Of a stretch of 64,000 bases of DNA, positions 27,027 through 38,500 are shown one piece after another. Both the position numbers and the translations under genes were made by a program. The stretch lies in assembly GCA_002269645.1 (NCBI GenBank), contig NIVC01003516.1, forward strand, positions 1-64,000. Reading direction: 5' to 3'. This stretch comes from Macrostomum lignano. Taxonomy: Eukaryota. Position 1 is the stretch's first letter; the number at the start of each line of letters is the position of its first letter. The notes beneath the pieces are model-generated. The model made no database searches. It saw only the letters and a program-made list of their open reading frames with translations, and was not told the origin of the DNA.

Positions 27027-29324
27027 TCATTCCCATGGGGTAACAGCATTCTCTGACTTTTCCCACGGCGTGACAGCATTCTCCGGGTTGTCGGCGGTCT
27101 CCCACGGTGTCACCTGATTATCGGGCGCAGTGACGACTGCTTGGAAAGCAGCACCTGAACTGCCAGCCGCCGCAGACTCCCATGGAGTCACGAGATTCTC
27201 GGGAGCATTAGAGGCCACTGCCGCGCTCTCCCATGGTGTTACATTGTCATCTGGCTGAAGTTCCTGCTTCTGCATCAGATTTTCCTGCTGAAGCTTTGAG
27301 GATGAAGGGTTGCTTGGGATTGCGGCCGTTTCCCACGGAGTCACAGGATTCTCCGGATTTCCCGCTGTCTCCCACGGCGTCACCTGGTTGTCTCCGGCCT
27401 CCCAAGGCGTGACCTCATCGGTGGTGCCTCGGTCAGCATAGTTGTAGGAAGTGGAAGCTCCACCACCGTTTTTCAAAATAGAGGCCTGCTGCTGCTGCTG
27501 CATCTGCACCACAACTACCGGGTTGCTGCGCATCGGCCGGTTGCCGTTGCTGCTGTTGGTCTCCGTGCTGCTCACAGTCTCGGTGCGGTTCTTGCTGCTG
27601 GAGCCGCCGCCTCCTGCCTGCTGCCGCTTGACGAAACTGAAAGCGTGCGCCGCCGCCGCCTTCTTCGTCTTGGCCAGCTCCTGTCCGTGTTTGTCTGTAG
27701 ACGCCTGCAGAAGGCATTTGTAGTCCTCGGATCTGAGAAATCTCTGATAGCTGTCCTTCTTCATCAGCATGTAGATGTGCTCCTGCGCCTCCTCGAAGCT
27801 GAATCGCCCGGCTTCCTGCATGCCCCGCTGCGTGGCCATCATCGTTCTGGAGTCGATGTTGATCTCGGACGGTGCGCCCGAGGCCAGGAACTCGGCGAAG
27901 ATGCTGTCCATGCGAGCGTGCAGCTGGCTGACTGGCCCGAACTTGTAGTCCTGCACGGCCAGCCAGAAGCGCAGGTTCTCCGAGCTGAACTCGCGGGTCA
28001 GAAAGTGCCTGAAGTACTCCCGGCCGGCCGGATCGCGCAGCAGAAAGTCGAAACTGGTGCCCCATAGTTTCACCTGCCTTGGCGTCAGGCCGCTCTCCCC
28101 CGTGCCCTGACAGGAGTGGAATGCGGCTTGATCGTCCTGCAGCCAGGGAGATCCGGTCTGCACTGCCGGGGTCCCAGTCTGGTCCTCGCTGCCCGAAGCT
28201 CCGGTAGCCGCAGCAGCAGACGACGCCGCCGCTGCTGCAGCAACTGCTGCCTCAGCGGCAAATGCTGGGGCATTCAAAAACCAGTCGAACGATTTAGTCA
28301 GCTCGTAGCAACTCACAATGATGTCCATTGACTTGTGAATAGCCGTCGCAATGTTGTTGGAGGTGCAGTTCGCGCCAGTGCTCTGCAGGGCGGCCTCCTG
28401 CTGCTGGAGCTGCTTCTCCCTGCGCTGTTGCATGTGCTGGTCATGCTGCTGCTGCTGCTGCTCACGCCCGCGGGCCATCCGACGCTGCATCTGGACATCG
28501 TTAAAATGGCGCTGCAGCGGATGATCGACCGGGTTCATATAGCCGGGAGGCGGGCGGTGCACTCGCCAGTAGGCTCGCTCCTGAGTGGAAAGTTTGAAGC
28601 AAACTGGTTGTTCTAAAGAAGAGTTATGTACCTGGATTACAAACTTACACCAAACTTTTACATCATTACACTTCAGCTAGCTAAGCCAATATCGAACCGG
28701 GCAATTCCAGACCCGCATCACCTGCATTTCCAGCACCATTCGGTCGTTCTTCTTCCTCTCCCTGGCCAGTTTGAGTTCCTCCTCGGCCTGCAGCGCAATA
28801 AACTGCCACCGATCTGCCAGCAGCTTCTGCAGTCTGGTCAGTGCAGTCTTCTCGTACTCCTCGAAGCCGCTCTTCTGCTTGCTGCGAATCATTCGCTTTG
28901 TCAGGTAGATAGCGTAATCAACGTTGTCCGGCCTACCGGACACGGACAGCCAGAAGTAGGGCGCCTGGAAGCGGTACAGGCTGGTCGAATCGTCCTTCAC
29001 TAGCAGCGAGTGGCCCTCGGCCAGCGGATAGACATAGCCGTACACAGCTAGGAGGTGGGCAATGTGCGCCGCTTCCTCGGTGGCGTCGCCAGCGGTAGTC
29101 AGGCGGTCTCGAATCCAGCCGATGAGGTCGCTGCCGCTGACTGCGGCCGGAACGGTGGACAGGAACGCCTTCTGAGCTTTAAAGGTGACACCAGTGTCTG
29201 GATGTTGCATCAGCTCGACAAGGTGCTCAAGTCGGCGCACTACGGACAAGTGTCGATACACGTCAGCGGTAGTCAGCGGAGCCTGCTCGACAAACTCGTT
29301 GCCATGGGAAACGGATTTTGCCAT
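27027..29324 (-). CDS. R7-family RGS protein (DEP-DHEX-GGL-RGS) with a VTPWE-repeat tail; exons 29324-28722 and 28580-27027, ~718 aa
   Basis: DEP motifs (SGSDLIGWI; DDSTSLYRFQAPYFW). DHEX EMQ|ERAYWRVHRPPPG is restored by a phase-0 intron. GGL-like ...SFDWFL...SPWLQDD. RGS domain GREYFRHFLTREFSSENLRFWLAVQ...MKKDSYQRFLRS. Confidence 0.9.
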
Positions 29325-32300
29325 CGTGTCTTGGGTCAGTGTTGCGATCCCGTTGATTCAATCTCGTTCTACGACTCTACCTTTGTCTTAGCCGGTTTTT
29401 ATTACTTGCCCTCGTTTCTCAATACCGGGAGCGTTCAGCAGAGACTTGGCCCTTTAATCTGCCATCCCGGCTGGCCCACCTCTCTCCCCTGAGTCCATCT
29501 AAGAAATCCGGCGTCTCTTCCTGCCTCGCTCTCATTCCCAATCGCAGCGGCCTCTCCTTAGCTGAGCACAGCCAGTCATGCTTTTCGCTCCTCTGCGCGC
29601 CCCATCAATTTCTCGAACCCGTGCTCAAATCCTACTCGAGTTGAGAAGAGGGAAAGAAACGACTTTAAAAGATCTGCCAGAGAGTCGCATGGCAACAGCC
29701 TAACAACGCGCTCGTATAGGAGTAGAGAGTGTAGTCGGGGAATAGACCTGAGGGCATGAAAATCGACAAGAGAAGAGAGGGAAGAGAGGCAGGGAGGTGT
29801 ATACGGAGTGGGATTGGCGAACCACAGCGGGGCAGAGAAGACTTCCTGCAACATGTGCTGCACCCGAGCTGCCTTGAATTAATCTCTGCCTGAATGCCGT
29901 ATTCTCCACACCCCCAGCATATTGGGCTCAGTCACTAAAATAGGTGGTACGATGAAGGAGATTTAAAGAGCTCTCGAGGGGATTGTCCCAGCTTCTGTCC
30001 CTCCCAGTGCAGCTTGTACCTGCAGCTAGCTCGTATCTGCAGTTTGCTTGCACCTAATCTGGGTCGCACTGCGCGACTGCCTGCAGCCTCATTGACAGGA
30101 AAGGATCATGTGATTGCTAGAACACAAAACAAATAACTGCAGATTGGCCTTCTCAAACTGAAACTGTTAAGCTGTCATTTTTATAGGCAATGCGCCTGTG
30201 GACGTCTGAGACAGCTAGAGACACTTTTTTCCGGCTTCCCTCTCATTTACAGTCGCCCTAATTAACATTTTGTTAAAAGTCGTGGCTCTCGGATTTCAGC
30301 GAGACGATTCTATATAATCTTAGGGATAGGTTGAGAGCTAGTTAGTTCCACTGCCGCTGATCGCTAATGATAGGCTGTAGCCCTGCTATTTTTTTCAGAC
30401 ACAAAAGGAAAATGCCGAGTTCACAGATTGCTTTAAGTTTAACAAAACATGCAGATGCATCTCGATCTCAGTAGCGCAGTACAAATACGATACGAGCATT
30501 GTAAACGCATGTAAGGGCATTAAACTTTTCAAATGTGGTTGTGTTTAAAAGTCGCTACAGGGACAGCTTGCATCACGGTTATTGGGCATTCTCAGCAAGC
30601 TTCATTGATCAAATGACTTTAAGAGAGGCTTTTGAAGGGATCAAAGCTAATTTGGTAGGAATATTCTCAGGAACACGCTCAAAGGAAAAAAACGAAACTT
30701 TATACTTTTAAATCGTGATTGCATGGCTAAATGAAGATCGAAAATTACGAGCTAATTTACAGTGCATTCAAAAAGGTACGCGCAATTTATCCTGCATGGT
30801 CCTGCATATCAAAATTTAGACACATAAATGTACATCACATGGACAACTAGCGCGCGTTGTCCAATGGTACATCAGTGCCAACTTATGCATCAAATCGTAA
30901 TTCTGCAGTAAGTATACATTCTGCGTGTGTAGTACTTGTATTTCTAAATGTACATGTACATGCATGAAGATCTGCGTTGTTGTGTAGTGTACATGTACAT
31001 GAACATGCAAAAATTATTACACGTACTTGCATTGCATGTAACTATACAGAAGTTAGTTTACGTGCAATCAACAATGCCTAAATAAATATACATGTAATAT
31101 AGACACAACTTTCTGCGGTATAATTTGTATATTTATAGCCTTATTTCTTCATATACATGTACATGTAGATACGTGTGTTAACTGTACTGTAACATGCTAT
31201 TCATATTTCAAGCTCTCATATTAAATATTATAAATTTATGAATGATAGACTTAGAATTTCTACAGACTTATCATGCTAATATTATTCTTTGGATTCGCAC
31301 CGCAAAATATAAATTATATTTGTAAATTCTTGCAAATTTGTATATTCTAAATTCTAAAATTGAGTCCTGGCTGATTTACGAAAAAATGAATGGGGCTGCT
31401 TCCTCAAAGTTTAAGTATGAATCTAAAGTAAAAATAGTTAGATAGAACAAAGAAACTGATTGTTTACATAATTTTACTTTGGCATAAATGTTAATTGATC
31501 CGCAAAGTGACACACTTATCTTATAGCATTTGTTTAACTGAAGTAATTGTCAAGGTAAAATTCGTTGCACACTTTTAATTAAAATTTTAACTTGATATTT
31601 TATTCAGTTTCACGCCGTCCAATGGCAATAGCATAAAATTGCGTGTAGTAAGAAATTTTGTAAGAGATATTTTCACCACTGGATTTAAACTCATAAATTT
31701 TTCACATTTAATGTGTATAAAACTATACTATTTTGCTAACTTAACATCGCTCGCTTGTAACTGTTATAGTCAATCAGCAAGGAGTTGAAATTTTTTCGCA
31801 GTTTGTATGTTGGAGTATGTAGGAACTGTAAATTTTAGTTGTACTGATTTTTAAGTAGCGTGCGGATTAAATGATGTATTTCAGAATCCGATAAAGTTGA
31901 TTCATTTTTTTATTCCCCCAAACTGTTTATACACAAGGTTGTTACTGAAAGTAATGGAAATGTAGTGCACTAAAGAGCTCATTGCACATTATATTGAATA
32001 GATAAGATAATAAATTGAATGGATATTGAATATGACTTATGCCAGCCGTTTCCTTTATATTATATAGTTCTGCAGTTCTTTCTAGGTAAAATAGTTATGA
32101 ATTTTTTTATTAAATATAACTACTAAATGAATTGTGCTATCTCAAAATAACATAAATGTAAATATTATGTAAATAACATAATTCAAATTTAGTTGAAAAC
32201 TCTAAAAATATTTAGTTCGAACCATATAGTTACTTTGTCTTAAATTACTAGACAGTGCTTTGTTGTTATGTTCAATATCACAGAGCTGATATTTTATAGA

Positions 32301-32544
32301 TAAACATATCATTGTCACTTATCCAAAGTACTTTTTAATTCAATTTTTTATTTCTATTTTTTATTCTGGGAAAGGGGTTTAGAAGAAACTCGTCTTTGTA
32401 TCACTCTTTAGTTAAAAATTTGCCTTCTGGTGGGGATCTTGACCCCCCCTCTGTGACCCCCTTGTGATCCCCTGCCTGAAGCACGTGTTATTACTGTATT
32501 TCAAATGCTTTTCACTTCATTTCAGCGCGGCAAAGCTGGTGCAA

Positions 32545-35500
32545 ATGGGCCGGAACAGAAAAAGTGATAGTAAATCTGCGCGCAGCGAAGAGCCAGGTGA
32601 TAAGGAGCCAGGCAAGTCACGTGCATCATCATAGTTTGAGCGTTTGCTGGCTTCGTACTTCTTATTGTACCATGACCTTTGTGCCCGCTGGGCACTTATT
32701 CTTGTCTTTTAATGCCATAGACTACATTTAAGCCCGCTTGCAGGAGTCAAACTTACTTTAATTCAAATTAGCGGGCAGTTAATGACATTTAACGCCCGAT
32801 TGTCTATTTCAAACTTACTCTAATGCAAATTAGCGGGCAGTTAATGACATTAACTGCCCGCTAATTTTGTTCCACTTTGTCAAGGACACAAATGTCTATG
32901 GCACAATAATAGTAATACCCATGCTTTGCGGGCGTTAATGGGAAAATCAGAGGGCGCCGTATGGGTATTAATGTACTATTCTTTCAGTCTTTGGTCAGTC
33001 GCCTCAGACTTAATATTTTGCCATTGCTCTTGAAATTTGTCATTTCTTCATTCAAACTTTTCAGAGCCCTACCAGCCCACCGGCAATTTTCAAACGGATT
33101 TTGCCGAACTGTGCAAAGAGGCCGAGATCTGCCGGCCGCCAGCGGTGGTGCTGAGAGCCAAGCGGCCCACCTCGCCAGATAAGGTGAGTCATCAAGCCGC
33201 GCAAACTTGTTAGGAAATGTAGGAAATGTACTGGTTTTGTCAGCCTAACTGAGAATAAAGCCATCCAAAGTGAGAATCCTGCCTACGCTGACTGCGAAGG
33301 GCCTGGCTGCGTGCAGCCTTAGTCTATGGGCCATAGACAATAAAGGACAAGCAAAGTGATAAAAAGCCATCCAATGTGAGAATCCTGCCTAACGGCGCCC
33401 TCTGATTTTCCCATTAACGCCCTTAAAGCATGGGTATTAATGTACTATTAAAAGTTTCTATTCAGACAATCCAGCGCTCTAACAGCTTTATAGGCTTAGC
33501 GCTTGAAGTCAATACAGCGCAGCCTGTCAATAAAATACGGCTTTGAACTTGATTTTGTACCCAAAATTCTGTAAAAAACTGGGCTAATCAAATCCCCCCG
33601 ACTGCAATGCCTTAGGCTTAGACTTTTAGCTACTCTAGAGGGTCCCTTGGTCAGTTGGATAAACAGCTCCCGCAGTCTTATCTAGTTTCTGATCGAATGG
33701 CAGTATTTTTATGACACTGGCTGCTGTCGAAGAGAATGACTGTCAACTTGATTGGCTTAATAACAATGCTTCTCATTGATGCGTTTAAGAATGTGTAGAA
33801 CGGTAAAAGACGAGCCAATCGTACAAATCATTCAGATCGAGCACGCCCAGGTGCCAGCCGGCAAGAAGGGCAAGGAGGACAAGAAGGCCGCCCAGCAGCA
33901 GCAGCAGATGGTCGAGCCTGAGGAGGAGTCGCCTGAAGAGAAAGGTAAGAAGTGGCGCAGTGCGATGATCTGCTCAGAGCCTTTTGTTTAATCTTTTAGC
34001 AAAACTTTAAAGCTATTTAAGCATAGGACTGCTGGACTTTTCTTAAAACATATCCATAGTCAGCTGGTGTCACCTGTTGAAGGTGCCGACGGTGTCTCGA
34101 TGACGACTGAATGCTTCAGAGACTAGCTGAGGATGTCCTGCAATTAAGGTTTGCTCTTTTGAGGTTTGATCAGAAAAACTTGAGAAATTCGTAATAGGGT
34201 GTCTGAAGCACCTGGTGCCACGTGTTGAAGGTTCACAAGCTGCGCCAAGCTGAAGGCCAGTGACCAAGAAAGTCAGAGCTGCTGCAGACACATGTGTTCG
34301 ATGTGCTGATGAACTTTGTAGGCTTGGCAAGGCGGCACTGAGGCGCAGTGCTGACTGGCGCCCAGGGGGGTGTATTGAATGCACTTGCGCTTTTGGGAAA
34401 AATCCTCGACGGCGACTTGATTCTGATTTTCAGAAGGTGCACAACAAAAATTAAGTCCATGTTCTTAAGTTGCTCCGTTACTCCTTCTCCATGGTAGTTC
34501 TACTGTCAATACGATGAGTTGTAGTCGGAGGTAAAACGGTCGCGTTAATTTACCTTGGAAATCTGTTGAAGCAAGTATCAGTTCATTTCTTACCCGCGAG
34601 TTCGCCACCTGGTTCCCAGACTCTGTCTTGTCCGATGAAGAGCGGAGACTCGCACTTGACGACTGGGGTAAAAGCTATTACATGTACATCGCATTTTGGC
34701 GATTGAGACCTTGATTAGTTTTTTAAACCCAAACGTTTCCTAAACTGTTGGTAGAGCTTGTGAAAGTTAAAACTGACAATTTTACTAAAACAACCGCGTG
34801 TAATATTCATGGACAACTGGAGTACAAGGACGCTACTATGTTTATTGAGAGCATCCTTATACTTTAGCTTCCATGGTCATGAGCGATTCAATTAACAAAA
34901 ATCGTGTATTACTCGTATAGTTTCATCTGCAAACCCCTTCATTATTCGTACTAACCAAGTTTCCTAGAATCGCAAGTCTCCTGTGGTAAAATATGATTGA
35001 AAATCAGGATTTATTTAGCAATAATTAACTATGGTATTTGCCATTAACTTACTCCCTGTGCAGCCGTGATGGAGCTACTCGGATTCAAGCCGAAGACATT
35101 TTCCGTGAAAAGCCACCTGGAGCTGATGAAGCCGTGCATTCAGGTTGAGATGGACCACCCGGACAGGCAGGACAGCGTCACGGAGGTCTTCATCAAAGAT
35201 TGGAAACTGCAGGCGCCGATGCTGCTGACGCTGGGCCGCTGCTTTGAGAAGCTTCAGAAGCTGCACAGCATAAAGTAAGCACGCGGATCAAATTTGTTCA
35301 TGCGGATACCCAGTGCCAATGACTACTAAGGACCCCCAGATCCGTTGATTTTGGGAGGGGGGTGGGTGTCAACCCACCCCGCCTCTCATTGGCTGGCGCT
35401 CGGCGCGCGCGCCGCAGGCGCGTGGCGCCAAGCGCCATCCAGGCGCGCCAATCAGGCGCGCCAATCAGGCGCCCATGCCGCAGGCGGCCCTACCGACATG

Positions 35501-38500
35501 TACACCCTCCCCAGCCGCAGGCAACCCTCCCCAGCCGCAGGCGACCCTACCGACATGTATGCCGCAGGCGCACCCTCCCGATATGTACCCCGATATGCCC
35601 ACCCTCCCGATATGTACCCCGATATGTTTGCCCTCCCTCCAGAGCAGCAGGCGCCCATGCCGCAGGCGCCCCACTCTCTCAAGCCGCAGGCACCCCGAGT
35701 GTACACTCTCCCGAGCCGCAGGCACCCGAGTGTACACTCTCCCATGCCGCAGGCACCCCGAGTGTACACTCTCCTCAGTACACTCTCCCGATATGTAGTC
35801 AATGATATTAGGCTAGTGAAAACTACTTATAGTAGGTGAAATTGAGTATATTTACATAAAAAGTATAAAAAACATATTGGTAGGTGTGAATAATGATGCA
35901 TAATGCATCATATTAAAATGTACATATTGGAGCATAATAGGAATATGAGCAGCAAAAAACACACAACGTAGGCGCATATTATTGATATATTGACAGAAAA
36001 GCAGGTGAAATAGACAAAATAATACAAAGCGGGTACTGTAAGCGCTAATAAAACATAGGTGGAAATACACACAAGTATAATAATACAGGAAAATTACATA
36101 GCATATAATGTAGGCAGATTTTAAACATTACATTTTGCATATTAACCCGCAGGCACAAATTTCAATGCATAGGCTAAAACACACACACTGGAAGTTAAGT
36201 ATAATACAACATATGCATGCAAAATTAAGCATATAGGTGCAAAGTAAAATATCCGGCTTCCTAGTAAAGAGACACGCCCCCCGCATTCCTCCCCAGGGCC
36301 GGGGGATCCCAATGTACAGTGCGGGCGGAGTAACATAGAGAAATTCAATTCCTCCCCAGGGCCGGGGGGATCCTTAGCGGAGTACAGTGCGGGCAGAGAG
36401 GAGTAACAGAGACCGCCCCAATGTACAGTGGAGGTAGCAGACCGCATACAAAGAGAATTCTCCCCAGGGGGGCTTCCAAATAGGTTTTATTATCTCAAGT
36501 GCCGCGCAGACAGGGGAATCTCAGTCAGGGGAGACTGTTTAAGGCCTTATCACTCCCGAAAGCCATACGGGCGGCTGCCAGACCCATACACTCGCTTAGT
36601 CATGACGCGCTGGAATGTCTTATCCATCTCCAGGGTCCGAATTGTACAGCTGGCCTTGTCGCGCCTGAACTGTGCCTGGGGCAGCCGTACAGTCCCGCCG
36701 TGGCGCAGAATCTCCTGCAGCTCCGCCTCCCGCTCGGCAATCTCGGGCGTGACTCGGATGCCCTTGCACTTGAGCACCGAGTACAGCGACCCGTCGGGCT
36801 TCTCCACCACATAGCGATAGAGCTTGGGGCCTCCCGTGGTGAACTGTACCATGCGGCAGCCGGCAGGTACCTCGTCAGTCCACTGCCCCAAACTCGAACC
36901 GCTGGGAGGCTCGTACTGGCCTGGAGAGCACCGGTATACGACCCTGGGGAGGAGGAGAATAAAGTGTTTAGGGGAGCGAAGCAGACAGACAGACAGTGTG
37001 AAAAACTTACGAATCAGTATCGGCGTAAATCACGCGGGTTCCTAGACCCTCAAGAGCCTCGTACAAGCGCAGACGGGCATGGGAGGTGGTGAAAACTCCA
37101 ATAGGTACATTGGCGTACTTGAATGCCCGCTCGCCAGCAACACCAATTCGGGGCTTGTATTCAAGCATCATGAAGCACTCTCCTATTGGCTCGCACGACT
37201 TGACTTTGATGGACGGGTCTGTCAGGCGCTGCAGCCACGCCTCGTAACTGTCCACAATCTCTGTGGAGGTCAAGTCATCCCGCTGGCAGAATTTGCCCAG
37301 AGCCTGCAGGGAAAAAAGATTTAGTATTACTACTGTAAGTAGAAAAACACGGTCCACCACTGTACAAACCCAGACTTACGAGTTTAGAAAAATCTTGGCC
37401 ACAAAGCGCAGGCCAGGATTTTCTTCGACCTTTTCCAGCCGGACGCCTTCGCGCTCGAAAAAGCTCGCCATGTAGGCAGTCTTTGCGTCCTCAGTCATCC
37501 CCGGCGAACCGCTAGACTCGGCCTTGAGCTTCAAAAAGGTGTTTACATAATCTGCAAACAGCCCGGTCCGAGTCTCGGTCCAATAGGCCAGGGCATGAAC
37601 TGACTGCAGCTTGTATCCCAACTGCAGGGCCTTGTGGAGCTCTGGGGTCGCCCATGTACCGCGGAGCATTCTCTCAGCGTCAGTGTGTGTACACTCGCTG
37701 CTGCACTGGGTCTCCATGCAGACGCGGCAGAGGCCGAAAACCAGCTTCTTGCTAATCTTGGCGGGCAGTAGCGGGATGTGGAGATTGGTCGGCGGCAGAA
37801 TCGACACCTCGGCGATACCAAAATACCGGGCCAGCTGCAGCTCATCCAGTAGATGAGGCTCGGGGTGGTGAACCGGGTGCCCGACAGGGTACTTGTCAAA
37901 CTTGTTGACAGTCGGGTAGAGCGACACCTAGAGAAAAGTAGTAGGCTAAACTCAAACGCATGTTAACTGTGTGTGTGTGTGTGTGTGTGCGCGCGCATGT
38001 GTGTGTGTGTGTGTGTGTGTAAGAGAAATTTTGAAAAAACTTACCGCATCCCGATAGCGCAGCTCCACAGTCTCGGTGGCCTCGGCGTGCGGGACAAAAG
38101 CCTCGGTGCGGCCGCCAAACAGGGCTTCCTCCAGGCGAATAGGCTGCTGGACTGGCGCTCCCTCGCCCTGATAGTCGTGCTCCCACAGAACACGTACATT
38201 GTAGGCAGTGGAGAGCAGCCGAGTGAAGCGCTCAGTCTCCTCATAAATCGCCCGCATTGGCTGGTTCTTGAGCGGGTGCAGCACGTCGCCGTTGGGGAAG
38301 CACTTGGGACAGCCATGGTAGAAACAGCCATGAAACTGCAGCACAGTCCTACTCTCCGGTCGAAACCGTCCACCTTACGGCCCATGGCGAAAGCCTCGCC
38401 GCCAGAGTCGGCTGTCCGCAACCGGCCGCCAAACTCGGTTGCATTCAAATGTGCAAGCCAGCACCGCGCCTTGTGCGACTGCACATCTGATCGGCGGGAA

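Noticed and set aside
34040-34700. Possible decayed transposase in LRRC71 intron 3
   Set aside because: Coding-like composition but no convincing catalytic motif or TIR/TSD.
35345-36447. Proline-rich and hydrophobic ORFs in the TIRs (mirrored at 43844-45036)
   Set aside because: They arise from GC-rich iterons or AT-rich low complexity, overlap in many frames and show no protein motifs.
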